DNA from: Vermamoeba vermiformis
Lineage: Eukaryota
Direction of reading: 5' to 3'
Length of the DNA: 64,000 nucleotides
NCBI GenBank assembly: GCA_045837725.1
Contig: JBEWZL010000272.1
Location: forward strand, 62,001 to 126,000
Shown in pieces: positions 21,919 to 35,381 of the stretch. The stretch's first letter is position 1, and every line of letters starts with the position of its first letter. Under the pieces are notes generated by a model. That model did not search any database and was not told the DNA's origin. It saw only the letters and a list, made by a program, of their open reading frames with translations. The position numbers were made by a program, and so were the translations under genes.

Positions 21919-24900
21919 ATGAGTTCCCACCCCAATGAAAATCACACTACAATGGATGCAGTACAAATAGAAGACACGAGCAACGCGGAGAAAGACCCGC
22001 TGGCAATATGGACTGGGTTCTATAAGAAAACCCTCGCTGAGCGGCAAGATCAACTGAAACTCCTCTACCCTCACATTGAAGAGAAACAAAACTTGCCCTT
22101 ATCGGTAATTATATCTTAATATTTTTATTTCGCATTAACAGCAATTTAATGTTGAATAGGTCGCCGATAATATGATCGAAAATTGTATTGGAAAACTCAG
22201 TTTGCCGATGGGCTTGGGCGTTAATTTTATTATTAATGGCAAGCCCTATGCTATACCAATGGTCACGGAGGAGCCTAGCGTAATTGGTAAGATTCAATTT
22301 CAACCCCCAAAGTTAATTTTTATTTGTACCGAGGGATCTTTTCCAAAATTTGAGTATTAAGAAAGGCTTTATGTATACCATATTACATTTCACTTAGTGG
22401 CTAATAAAGATGTTCTTTTAGCTGCTGCTTCCGGTGCGGCCAAAACAATTTCGGAAAACGGCGGATTTGTCGCAACTTCAACTGCAAGCGTAATGATCTC
22501 GCAGGTAAGACCATGAACATATTATTATATATTAATATTCTTGGAATAAGCGATGATATCTAGCATTTCTAACGGTATTTTAGGTACAACTGTTGGGAGT
22601 AGCAGATCCAACAGACGCGTGCAGGAAGATTAACGAGAATAAGGCCCAATTAATAGAATACGGCAACAATTGGTGCAAGAGCATGGTCAAGCGCGGAGGA
22701 GGCCTGAAAGACATTCGAGCACGAGCTATAAAATGGAATTCAGAGAAATATTATCGTGTGTACGACGATGATATCGACATGCACATCAATCTCAATGAAA
22801 AGATTAATATTGATCGCGACATACTTGCAAATAAGAACAATAGTGATGGCAGTATTATGGCCAATAACGCACTCGGAGTAGATCCGACAGCGAACGAATA
22901 CATGGTGATAGTGCATCTGCATGTAGATGTTTGCGAGGCTATGGGTGCAAATATGGTCAATAATGTGGCCGAAGGTCTCGCTCCAAAATTAGCAGATTTA
23001 GTGCATGCACGTGTTGGTAAGTGCAGCTAGTGACAAATATTTCCGTACTTGGCACGAACTAAATCTGGGTTGTAGGTATGCGAATAGTATCAAATTTATG
23101 CACGGAGCGACGAGCACGTGCTAGTTTTGAAATTCCGATCAACAAGCTGCAGTACAAATCGGCAAAAGGACCTGAAGTCGCCAAGTTAATTTTAGAAGCT
23201 TATGCTTTTGCGTGCGAAGATCCTTTCAGAGCCTCAACGCACAACAAAGGAATAATGAATGGTATGCGTTATATGAAACCATATAAGTCGTACTAACGGC
23301 ATTGTTAGGCATTGACGCTGCCGCGGTAGCGTTGGGTCAAGACTGGCGTGCCATTGAAGCCGCAGCACATACTTGGGCAGCACGGTCAGGACGATATCAG
23401 CCACTCACTCATTACAGACTCGTCAAGAGTAGACGTACTGGCGATGTGGCACTAAAAGGTACGTTAGCACAAGAGTCGTGAAGTTCATCAAAGTGGTACC
23501 CTGTGAGCGATACTAATGAGCACGTGATAGGTTGGTTAGAACTGCCACTGACGGTCGGAGTGCGTGGTGGAGCAGTGCAATCACACCCCTCACTGCGATA
23601 CTCGCACAATTTGAGCGGCAATCCTTCAGCACAAGAACTCGCGGCCATGCTTGCGTGCGTTGGTCTTGCACAGAACTTTGCCGCATTGAGAGCCTTTTCA
23701 GTTGAAGGCGGTCGTGGGCACATGGCTCTGCACTCGAGGTGCGTATGACTATGGAGTATTACTGATTAGAGATGACTTACATGTGCTGCAGAAACATCGC
23801 TATCGCGGCAGGTACACCGACAGATCTGATCTCAGAAGTGTCTGCGTACATGATCTCGCGTGAGCAGATTGACATTGACACTGCTCAAGACTACCTTCGT
23901 GCGCACGACATTCACATTCAAACGACTAAACATCGCATGGCCAAGTCCACTGCCCCGCCGAGCACTTTGTTCGTCAAACTCGAACTCTTGGGCTCGAACG
24001 TCTTTTTAAACATCTTATTCGAAACAGTTGGTACGACACTATACATGGATATTAATATCGGCTCGTATTGAAGCATTGTTTTCAGGCACGCTCGATCCCG
24101 TGCACATGAGTTTGAAGCACGATCTGCGCGACGAAACAATTCCTGCTGTACAAACTACGCTGTTCTTCGATAAGGGGCCCGCTTGGTTCCAAGAAAGGTA
24201 CGTTTATTAGTTTTACAGAATCCGATAACGGGAGGTCACGTTTTGCTAACCGATCCGATCAGATTCGAGTCTTTGAGGCACGTGTTCTGCTTGAAGTCAC
24301 TATCACCCGAGCCTCAACGTATCAATCAAAATTTGCAAATGAAGATGAAGCTCATCTCCATCTTGCTTAACATCATCACGCACAGACTGCTCGTGCTTCA
24401 CTTCGACAAGACCGAGTCCTTCATCAACTACATCTTGGCTGATGACTTGAATCCGTTAGCACTCGTCGCTGACTCAGAGCCAGAGGAGATCAAAGTCGGG
24501 TTCTCGCTCATCTTGTCTTTGTGGAACGTGTTCAAGCACAACGTTGAAGCCAATGTTGGTCTGAGAATACTGGCCAATGCACTGCTAGAAGAGCAACGAC
24601 GTGTTTTGTCGTGCTTAGTACGCGCCAAGAAGGGTAAGCTCCGCGATAAATTTCCAAAAAAAGGCAATGGTCTAATGGCTTTCTTGTTGTAGCATTGACC
24701 ACACCTGGAATGACATTCGAACACTTTATGGCCGTGCACATCAAGCGGTTACAGATCACAATGTTCTTATTGGTCGATTTATTGTCATTCTCATCGCAAT
24801 CAATCACGTGGGACAGAATTAACTTCGTGCTGAAGTTGGGAATTTTCTTCGAGTTCGAAAGTACGATAGGACACGACTTTCAAAGGTGCGTATGCTTGTT

Positions 24901-25252
24901 GCTCCAAAATCGTTCATAAACTAATCACGTGGTGCCTTGTAGGTTTGAGCGCGATGAAATGCAACAAGCACCAAATGCGTATCTGTTTTGGTTGAAAGAA
25001 ACCAAGTTGAATAATGGACCTGCAGCCCAGCAAGAGTTCATTAATCATGCACTGAGGTAGGGCTTATTGATTATTATAATGCAAGCGTGTACTAATTAAG
25101 CGCTCGGCAGAATGAACGGACATCGCAAGCAGCATCTGCTACAAGCAGAAGAGTTCTCAGATTTCTTCGACGCGAAATCATTTGTAAAATCTGAATTGGC
25201 TGTACGCAAGTTCTATCGAATTGACGAACCTGTACTGCATGCCAAGTTGTAA
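21919..25252 (+). CDS. Class II (bacterial MvaA-type) HMG-CoA reductase with long C-terminal extension ending in AKL
   Basis: ENCIG, PMVTEEPSVIAAAS, EAMGAN, THNKGIMNGIDA, GQDWRAIEA, GLAQNFAALRA, GHMALH; no N-terminal membrane domain; many introns. Confidence 0.92.
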
Positions 25253-25332
25253 ATACGAAATAAATCAATGTTCATTTGCGAGGAATCGTGCTTCCATGGA
25301 CAGTGTGTTACACATTAGAATTATTAAACACG

Positions 25333-25662
25333 TTATGGTAAGGGAATGAGAGCGATCCTCTTTTGCACGTTCCAAGTTGCCCTAAAAATCGCGCGTAAAT
25401 CTTCCGTTATCGACCTAGCCTCGTGCTTTTCTTGCAAATATTCTTTCCAGGAACAGAACACCAGGCGACGAACAGCACGGAGCACTTCGATGGCTTTCGA
25501 TTCGTCCTCCGTCAGAATCTCCTTTGTTTCCAACTTTTCTGAAAGGCGCTGCATCATTGTTTCGTGAAAATTGGAAAAATGTTGGAGGTGGTAGGGCGAG
25601 CAATCAAATTCGTCGAAGTTTGCTTGGTTGGCAAACCTGCTGAGTTCGTCTTCTATCTGCAT
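25333..25662 (-). CDS. Hypothetical 109-aa helical protein
   Basis: Single ORF with protein-like composition, convergent with HMGR; splice-like signals upstream. Confidence 0.45.
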   Translation of the reverse strand: MQIEDELSRFANQANFDEFDCSPYHLQHFSNFHETMMQRLSEKLETKEILTEDESKAIEVLRAVRRLVFCSWKEYLQEKHEARSITEDLRAIFRATWNVQKRIALIPLP

Positions 25663-26008
25663 CTTTGATTTAAAGGTATTACGTTTCAGAACGTACGAAG
25701 GCGTTTACCTCACAAGATTACGTTAACAAAGTTTAGCTGTAATGTGCTGTTGGTACCGAATAAAAAGGTGGGTTTGCAGTTTTGGTCAAATCGATAAATA
25801 ATTTTGCTTTCGAAAAATTACCCCTCATAAAGTGAGCCTTAAAAGGTGGACCAGTCAACGGTGTTTGGACTGGTACATCGGTGTTTGGAAAGGCATCAAC
25901 CGTCTTGCTCACGTGGGTTGAGTTCTAGCGTAGATCTCCATTTGTGGTAATTTTCTTTGCCGAACGGTGTGCTCATTTTGCTTTATCTTTTGATTACATA
26001 TAACACCA

Positions 26009-27576
26009 ATGGCGTTATTTGTTGGTCGAGTTTCTTCATCAGTCCGCTCGAAGGATATTGAGGTGAGTAAATTTTCTTGGGCTACATCTTGTGATTGCAT
26101 TGTGGCTCTGCTGATCCGATTGATATTAACGCCAATAAATAGGATTTATTCCGTAAATATGGTCCTTTGAAACGCTGTGAGGTTAAGGGCACCTACGCCT
26201 TCGTCACTTACGATGACGATAGAGACGCAGAAGATGCTATTAAAGATCTTCAAGGACACGATCTTTATGGCTCCAGGTAATTATATAATACATATTAAAA
26301 TTATTTATAATTATTTAACTCGAAATTGTCGAACTTACGTAACCTTTTCAGAATCAACATCGAATGGGCTAAAGGCAGTGGTCGTTACAGCGATAGTGGT
26401 CGTAGCAACAGAAGGTATTATATTATCCTGGTCATATTTATAGTTGTAAACTAATATTTGCAATTAAGCGACCGTGACGACAAGAGATGCTTCACTTGTG
26501 GTGAGCGCGGACATTTTGCTCGTGATTGCAGACGCTCCAGAAGGTAAATTTTACATACCATAATATATTGCTATAGTATTACAGTATATTCGTATATTTT
26601 TCAAACGCTAAATCATTATTTTATCAAATCCAGAAGAAGCAGATCAAGATCTCGCAGCCGTAGAAGAAGAAGCAGATCTAGATCGAAATCGAGATCAAGA
26701 AGCAGAGATAGAAGGTACTTTTTACTATAATCTTATTTTAAAATCCTTCTAACGTTTAATCGAATCCAGAAGAAGCAGATCAAGATCCAGATCAAGAGAC
26801 AGACGCAGAGAGCGAAGCAGATCTCGCTCGAGAGGCAGAGACCGCAGCAAGGACAGACGCAGCAAAGAGCGAAGCAAGAGGTATGTACATAAGGCATAAT
26901 AAGTCTTTGAGTATTGTACTAATAAGTATATTTTAGCCGTGAGCGCAGTGCTGAAAGGTAATTAACGAAACAAAAATTCAATTAGAAATTAGCGTTAGAC
27001 TACGTTAATATATCACGTAGTATAATGCCTATTTTCAACATTAATATTCAATATGATAATTTTTTTAGTCCGGCATCTCTTGTTGTGCGGAGGCCGTTGT
27101 GAGATCCAGGCCAATAGATCTGCCGCCAAAATTCATCAATCTGTCTTTAGCTCAATCAGGAGGCCCGTTTAATTTTGCGCGCGTTGCCCAGAGCCTTATT
27201 ATTATTTCATTTCCATAATTATTTTTTTTTTTGCGATCCAAGCGGATGCCGCCCGCCACCAGTCGCCTTGCGCTTCAATTGCTTGCAAGTGGTCGGTCGT
27301 TGCCTCCACGAGCACTTCAAAATTTAAACCGCGCTTCGTTGCCGTGGCCTCCATTCCAAATTTGGTAACCTCAAAGTACCCTCGACTAATCTTTGCATTT
27401 ATTCTTCTAGGGAACGCTCCGCTTCTCGCTCGCGCAGCAGAGGCCGCAAGAGAGAGCGCAGTGCTAGTCCTGTACGCGAGGACGAGCCTGATGCGAAGAG
27501 ACAAAAGTTGAGTCCGAGCGGTGGTGACGCAGAACAACAAGCTCCCGCTGATGAGACTTCGCACAAAGAGGACTAA
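26009..27576 (+). CDS. SR splicing factor, RRM + CCHC zinc knuckle + RS domain (SRSF7/RSZ-like)
   Basis: LFVGR, YAFVTYDDDRDAEDAI, CFTCGERGHFARDC, RS dipeptide exons. Confidence 0.92.
27069..27364 (+). other. Putative poison cassette exon in last intron of SR gene
   Basis: Polypyrimidine-AG ending at 27068, GTAACC donor at 27365, in-frame TGA at 27100-27102. Confidence 0.6.
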
Positions 27577-27719
27577 AGTATTCGTATATAAGACCGGTCT
27601 TATTGATAATTATAATATTTTTGTTCCACAGCTCTAATTTTGCGTTTAATAAAAATAAATTTTCCTAGTAACTTGCAGCGCGTGTCATTGTAGCAGCAAT
27701 AGACCTGTTATTACAAGGA

Positions 27720-27940
27720 GTTCACTAAAGTTTGTTACTGAATTGTTTGCAGCTATCAGTCACTACCTCCCAGGCAAAATTGTCTGGTGATAACAGCCTC
27801 ATCTTACAAGCTAGAATGGTGTATTACCACATCTGTGGCAGATGAGTTGATATTGGCAGCGTGCAGCTACTCATTACCATCGGTTGCAAAGAGAGTGAGC
27901 TCTGATTTCTTTCGCTGGTCTTCAGCATAAGCAGGTACTA
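27720..27940 (+). pseudogene. Decayed fragment of the kinase family seen at 9174-11097
   Basis: KFVTELFAAI (27728), KIVW (27776) and VDIGS (27846) in the same order as KFIADLFTAI, NIAW and IDFGS; interrupted by stops. Confidence 0.45.
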
Positions 27941-28063
27941 TCCTTAAGAATTGGACATTCTCAAAGGAAGAAATATAACGGCGTCGTGGTTGTCATAAGG
28001 TTTTGACCCTTGACTGCAGCAATGTATAACAACAAAATTCTAGCTTTATTCGAGTCAGTGGGA

Positions 28064-29551
28064 CTAGGACTGTGTCTCGTTAGTGCTGGTCGGTGTGAGT
28101 GGCGCCGAGACTGTGTTTGAATTCGACAGCGAGGTGTTGGCACTGCTGTTCTCGAGCTTCAGCTTGTTGAGCTCTTTTTGCGTGGAGTTCAATTGAATCT
28201 TGAGCAATGTGTTCTCTTTTTCGAGCTTCACAAAACGTTGTTCCTATTCGCACGAATGGATCAGATCCCGTTACGTTAAAATAGAGCGGAAATATTTAAA
28301 TATAAAAGTACTACTATTAATAGTATCACATTTAAGTTATTTGCTACAGCTAATGACATCCACTAGAGGTTGGTAAAAAAAAGAATTTGGTACATCCGCG
28401 TCAAGAGGCAGAACAAAAGTGTTGTTATGGTATTATAGGTGCTTATTATATTCAAATAATACGTACCCAAATCTCAGCGATTTCGTTCCAACTCTTCAAC
28501 AGCTCGTTCTTTTCGCTGATTCGAAGCGCGAGTAATTTGTTCTCGGCTGTTAATCGATCGACCTCCAACTGTTTCTGACCAATATCTTCTTGCAAATCGT
28601 TGATTTTCTATTTATAACCGCCAATCAGTATCGATTATAATGTATTATATTCGTAAAATTGTAATACTAAGCTATAAAAAGTCGCGTAAAGTAGCGATCT
28701 GGATCGAGTTACAGATCTCGAAATTTACGAATCGTGCAATTGTAAGAATATAATAATATGACTATAATATTATACGCCGTATACTTATGATCGTGTATAA
28801 TCACTTACTTGCAAATGTTTCTTGGACAAAAAGTTGATCAGATCCAAGATCTTGGTATTAGGCGCGACTTCGCCCGTATTATTAACATCAATATTATTCG
28901 TATTATTATCACTCGTCTTTTGTTCATTTCGTCGAATATAATCGGTCATTTCTTCTTTAGTTCTTTCGCATTCTTTTTTCCAGTACTCGCTCAGCTGTTC
29001 TTTTTGCACATTTGCATTTTGTAATAAAGAAATATTTTCGCGCAGTGATTTATTTTCGTTGTTGACTTGTTCTAGCTCTTTGTTTTTTTCCTAAGTAATT
29101 TCAAAATTATCAGTCGGTATTTCGATAATTAGGGAGGTAATGGTACGCTATATTATTGTATTATTATTTAATGATTTGTTATTAATCGTATTAAAAAGAA
29201 TTAAGTGGCATCTAGATCAGCGAAAAATATCTTTTCACGTCATGGTCTAAAAAATGCCGAAAAAATACAATAATAACTATTATAATACATCACGATTATT
29301 TAACGAATTATTATTGATAAATAAGCTCGTGACAGCGACATTTCAAATCTAATTTTTTCATTGTATTTTGTATTTACCTCTAACTCGACTTTAGCCTGTG
29401 CAAGTTGATCTTTGACAACTGCAAACTCACGTTGAACAGTAGTCAACTCCAATAACGAGCTGCTCAATTTATTGAAGATGTCCGAAGGAACTTGCTCGAA
29501 CACATTCGTTGCGTTGCCCGTAGTTTGCTTAGCAGGCGTTGTAACTGACAT
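28064..29551 (-). CDS. Coiled-coil protein of unknown function, 4 exons
   Basis: Heptad-rich exons with canonical splice sites; ends ...TSTNETQS*. Confidence 0.7.
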
Positions 29552-30024
29552 ACTAAATGTTTGAATACTGGTGTTATATATTAACAATATCAATGATAAT
29601 TAGTTCAGCACCAAACAAACTTTTTCAGCAGCGCGGGAATTTTTGGGTTGAGATCTCCTCTTCGCAGTAAGATTTTCAGGCCCTAATTATCGTTGTAGTC
29701 CTATAAAATAATTGATAAGGCGATTTTACAAATGAATTTCCGTTTATTTACAAAAATGGCGGCTGTTTCAGATCTGATTAGCTCTAGCATCAGAATTACA
29801 GCCCCACGAGCTTTATACAACAAGTTTAAATAAAAGATCATAAATATATTGGTTATGGCGCTTAAATCTTTGTGATTGACTGACAAGAGACATTCGCCAA
29901 AGATTCTTCACGTCTTGTGGCTAAATCTGCCTTGATTTGCTCTATTTACATTCGATAGTGCTATATTTTGAGTGATTAATATCGTTATAATTATATGATG
30001 GCTTAAGAGACTTACGGGACTTCA

Positions 30025-30460
30025 CTAGATGTCCCATCTGTTCGCATCGGAGGATCTTCCTTGCCTTTTCTTGATCCCTCTGCAAACAAATAACGTGCCA
30101 ATTGTAATTACCACTAAGATGGTGATAGGCACGAATAATATAACAAGCTCTTTGATATGTCTATCGTCTGGAATCGGGCACGAACACATGCAGTCAAATT
30201 CCGAGCCAAGATCCGTGCAGAAGTGATCATCGTCCGAACAATACGACAAACATACGCTTTTACATCGATCACAGTTCTGGATGGCTAAATATTTTGGATT
30301 TAATAAGATGGGACAGTATGTAAGATATCGCAAATAATTTTAATTAGCAAATAATTATTATTTAATCTGTTGGATAAGTTTACGTACGAAAACTAACGGC
30401 TAAGTGCACGAGTGACAGTATTATAACGAGTGCTGGTACTATTGAGCTCATTATTGACAT
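30025..30460 (-). CDS. Small single-pass membrane protein with Cys-rich ectodomain
   Basis: Signal-peptide exon, 8-Cys segment, transmembrane helix, basic stop-transfer residues. Confidence 0.65.
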
Positions 30461-30786
30461 TGAGCTTTAGATTTGATTTTGTGTTGGGAGCGGCGCGCGA
30501 CAAGAGCTGTTGTGCTATTGTGTGTCGTAGCAAGCATATAATAATTATGCGTAACGTCGCGTGTGATTCTCAGGTCTTTTCGTCACGATAATAAACGAAG
30601 AAAAAGCGAACATTTTGCTTCTAGAACACAACCGAGATCTAGTTCTTTTTCGATAACGCAAGATGAAGGATATTGATAATATTACATCTACTGATTGTGA
30701 AACGCCATGAGAGAACATGCGTTTGTGAATTGGTGGTCATAATTTTCGCGTGCAAATCCTGGATTTCATTTTGTCGAGCAATCAAG

Positions 30787-33378
30787 ATGATAACACCTCA
30801 ATTTAGCGTCGGACAAGATGAAGAGTTCGTAGTGGTTACTATGAAAGTGAAGTATATCCGAGTAAGTGAAGAGAATCTGCTTTTGGACACGATCGTAATC
30901 CGAATCTAAATTATTAATTAATTAGGCTCAAAATTGCGAAATAGACATTGATAATGAAGACTTCAAATTCTATTGCAAGCCGTATATCCTCAAGTAAGTA
31001 AATTCATACACGATCAGGTTTTGGATCGCACTTCAAATTATCCTGAAAAATATCCAAAAATATTATAGTAATGGCAAAGCGTCTAAATTAATAAATAATC
31101 GCTTAATCGGGAAAAATAACTCATTGGATCTTTTTTCTGGATCGGATTCAAAAATTTCTTTTCAAATTTTCTTATTAACCCGTTACAAATATTATAGACT
31201 TCATTTTCCACACCCCCTCGTCGAGGACGGACGCGAGCATGCTTCATATGATGTAGATAAGGGCGAGTTAATCGTCAAACTTCCAAAACAAGTATGAGAT
31301 TTTTATATGCAGCACTATTAGCGTCTTAATACTAATATGCATTGCTTATTTAGGAAAAAGGACTATTTTTCCCGCATTTAGACATGCTTAATACGCTCAT
31401 TGCAAATAAACCCAAACAAGGGGACAAAATGACCGACAGACCTGCCATTCAAATTGTCGATAAGAACAACAATACTTATGGTAATCAATACACTTTATTA
31501 GATATAGTATAGCAGAGACTAATATTGTTTTGTCGTTTAGAGCTGCAAGAAGATTCAGACGGTGAAATTGATTGGTCCATTGAACCGACCAAAGACGAGG
31601 AGGCAAAGGTATGTAAATTATTATGGCACTTAAAATTATATTATTAGATGTTATTTGAATGGTTATTAATATTATTTATAGCCATTGGACTCGTCCGAGT
31701 TGCTCGGCAAAGTCAAGTACGGATTCAACGATCAATTTTACGATTTCTTCTCGCACATTCAGGTACGCATAGATAAGCTACATATAACGATGATAAGGGT
31801 ATTAATAAGAAATACTATAATAGGAGAGCGTATCAGAAGTCATTGAGAATCCAAACCCTGATAAAATTCCCGTTGCTGAACGTCGCCAAATGCGTTTGCA
31901 AATGGAAGACGATAAATTTGACCCTGAACACTACATGTACGTAAAAGGAAATATTTTATTAATTTTATTATCGGTCGAACGAAATTTCAAAAATGGACTG
32001 AAACTTTTTTTTGTACAGGGGCGATTTTATCTTAGATAGAGATATTAAGCCTGCTATTGATTATGTACCTATATGGGACCAACAATTGAAGAAGAAAAAA
32101 GAGTTGATGGTGCAAGCAGATCTGAACAAATTGTCCATCGATAACACGCAAGAAATTATCGACAAGATCCGCGCCGAAGAATCTGCAAATATTACCACGG
32201 AATCAAATGCTAATACTAATGCAAATGGTGCTGTCGAGAAGGTACCTGAGCCTATTGTCGAGGTGTCGCAAAAAGTTGAGGCCTCGGAGGTTGAAGCTGA
32301 AGATCCGACTTTGCCTCCCTTAATAGCCCCAACAATCAATACTAATCAACTGCAATCAATCAATCCAAATGATTTGTTCAGCATCAGTATCGTTAAAGCA
32401 CCCACTGAGCCGCAACAAGTGTCTTCACCTGTTGAAACTACCACGACCAGTTCAAATGCCACGAGCAACGTCAACACGATCTTACTGACGCAACAAAAGA
32501 TTGAAGAAGAAACAGTGCCTATTACTGACCTTGAAAAAGAAATTTTGATTTCATTGCCTAAACGCGAGTGTACGTAGATCTAGCGCGATTAATCTCGAAA
32601 AATTGAGTAGACTAATGATTAATATTTATGAATATAGATATTATCGAGGACGAGAGACCGATATTTTTAGGTCTTATTGACTTGCTCTATTGTTACGCTT
32701 ACAACGTGCGCACGACATTAGGTAGATCTCGCACTTTAATTTTAACTCTTCTATGGCAGACTTACTCATCGATACTATTATACTAGGTGATAATACTGTT
32801 GAGTCAGCGTGGACTATTGCTCGTCTGTCTCCTACATTGTCGTGGTTCGATGTAAGTTTGACACTTTGTGACACGTGTCAACGCTAGTTTTGTTCGTACT
32901 CATCTGATATCGATAGAAATTCTCGACACCTGCTGAAGTGATCCAAGCATGTATTAGAAGAGCTTTGTGCTATCCTTTGTACCGACACTTCGAGTTGGCG
33001 AAAAAAGTCGTTCAGGATGTGGTCACCATTCTCAAACTCGGCAAGAGATCGATATTGAAGTGCTTAATCGACATGAAGCATATCTTCGATCGCAGCGAGA
33101 TATTCCACTCGATGAGCAGACTTTACATCGACCACTATTGCTTGTGGATCCAACGCATCAGGTAACGACGCGATGAAATTCCTTTCATCATTTTATTTTC
33201 GCGCTGAATTTTACTGAAACTTTGTTCTTTAATTAGCAAAAAGAAAATTGCAGCGTTGAAACGCGAATTGAAGAAGGTTGAAGTTACCAAAAATGACTTT
33301 GCGGACTGGGATCTTGTCGGTTGTGAAGAGATCGCGAATGAAGAACGCGAAAACATTATGCAGTACGCTGACCAATAA
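30787..33378 (+). CDS. SHQ1: H/ACA RNP assembly factor SHQ1
   Basis: MITPQFSVGQDEEFV, FKFYCKPY, YGFN, KFDPEHY, TVESAWTIARLSPTLSWF, RRALCYPLYRHF. Confidence 0.93.
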
Positions 33379-33565
33379 ATAAACGATGATATTTCGGATA
33401 GCCCCGACAATTAAGTCGCAAATAATATCAATTAAGTCACTGCCCAAGAAAATTTATTTGTGTTGGAAGAAAAAAAGTTATTTGATATCTTTAAAGTAGA
33501 TCTGACCAGCCATTATTAATAAAGATCGATTACTAGCACCTCAATCGATCTTTGATTAAATCATA

Positions 33566-35007
33566 ATGCAGGAAGAAGATCCGATCATCCGCGTGGTATT
33601 ATTAGACATTGAAGGCACAACGAGCTCCATCTCATTTGTTAGCGACGTATTATTCCCTTATGTCCGTAGAGAACTTCGCAGTTATTTGGATACTAATTGG
33701 GACAATGAACAATTAAAACAAGATATTGAATTGCTCAGGTAATTAATTATCGTCAAAATATACCTTGGATTTCATAATTGCCACTGATATTTTCTATGCA
33801 GATGGTTATAGTATTATAAATTATTTAACAGTTATTTTATTTATTTAATCGGGAATTTATTGACGCAATTTTATTAACCGGATGTACAGAAAATTGGCCC
33901 ACGAAGATGAGGCTATGGGCATTAAAAACGCTATTCAAATACCAGAGGATAATGGCACAAATAAGCACGAAATTATTGAAGCGATTGCTTTAAATGTTGG
34001 AAAGCAGATGGACATGGACAGAAAAACGACAGCCTTAAAACAATTGCAAGGACATATTTGGCTCAGCGGATATCAACAAGGAGTACTACAAGGACAGTAA
34101 GTAATATTAACGCTGCTCTAGAATTTTTTGCAAAGCCAATCTGGATCCAGATCCACCCGAGTATTCATTTGTTACCAGATTCGCACAAATCTATGTAATC
34201 TATTGGTATTTATATATTTTATTAACTTTATTTCGCAGCGTTTACGACGATTCATACGAAGCCTTTCAAAAATGGAAGCAACAAGATCTGCCGATTTTTA
34301 TTTATTCTTCAGGTACCTCTTATAGCCCAATTAATACTAATACTTATATATAACTCATATTTGGTAATATTATAGGCAGCATTGCAGCGCAGAAGTTATT
34401 GTTTGGTTACTCAGTAAAGGGAGATCTACTTCCGTATTTCAGAGGTCACTTTGACACTACAATCGGTAAGACTATTTCCATAATACTAGTATAATATAGC
34501 AATAGAATAAGTATCAGGATATTACTACTGGCAATTTATGTAATTGATTGCGGTGAAATCTATCCCGAAGTTTAAATTTCATCGCAAAACTCTTTTTTTA
34601 ATTTGCGATCGTCATAAATCTGCAATACTATCAATATATATTATACTTTTCCTTATGACATCATCACCGTATTGATTTTTCCGAAGTTTAACCAGTTAGT
34701 GCTCGATCGACCGAAAACTAATTGATAATTATTTTTTTTAGGTGTTAAATTGCAGAGTACGAGCTACTTAAAAATCTTCGAAGCAATTAAGGCGCAATTA
34801 GAGCTGAATGACCTCAAGATTGGTCAAGTTCTATTCGTGACTGATAACTTTGAAGAAGCAAAATCAGCCTCGCAAGTACACATGTCTACTGTAGTCTCTA
34901 TTCGTCCTGGAACACGTGCCTTGCCTGACGGACACAAATTCAAAACAATAACCACATTTGACTCGTTGTTTGAAATGTTTGAATTTGCCAATAATAACAG
35001 CAAGTAA
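33566..35007 (+). CDS. ENOPH1: Enolase-phosphatase E1 (methionine salvage)
   Basis: [57 protein letters not shown]. Confidence 0.95.
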
Positions 35008-35381
35008 GATCCGGATCAAAAATGTTTTAGTAGAGAACATTCTGGGCCAAATATTAATCTATAATATTAATATTACGATTATTTTGGCCGTCAAATTGTA
35101 TTTAAATTATTGTACACTGCATTTATTAAATAACAAGGTTAGATCTCGTTCCTAATTACCTCAACCTTCAATAGTAATGATAATACTATAACATTCACAA
35201 ATAATATATATATATTATTCGAGCCCCAAGATAGACTATAGATAGCATTTAAAAGCTAGAACAGAAATGTTTAGCGACCTGAGATCTGAGATCTGAGATC
35301 CACGATAAAACATAATGTTGGAAGCTAGATGCTTTATTGTACTCTCGTATATATTCTTCACGTGTTCATATATAGAGCTGT

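Noticed and set aside
35279-35301. CTGAGAT x3 tandem repeat
   Set aside because: Short microsatellite-like repeat with no spacers; not CRISPR.
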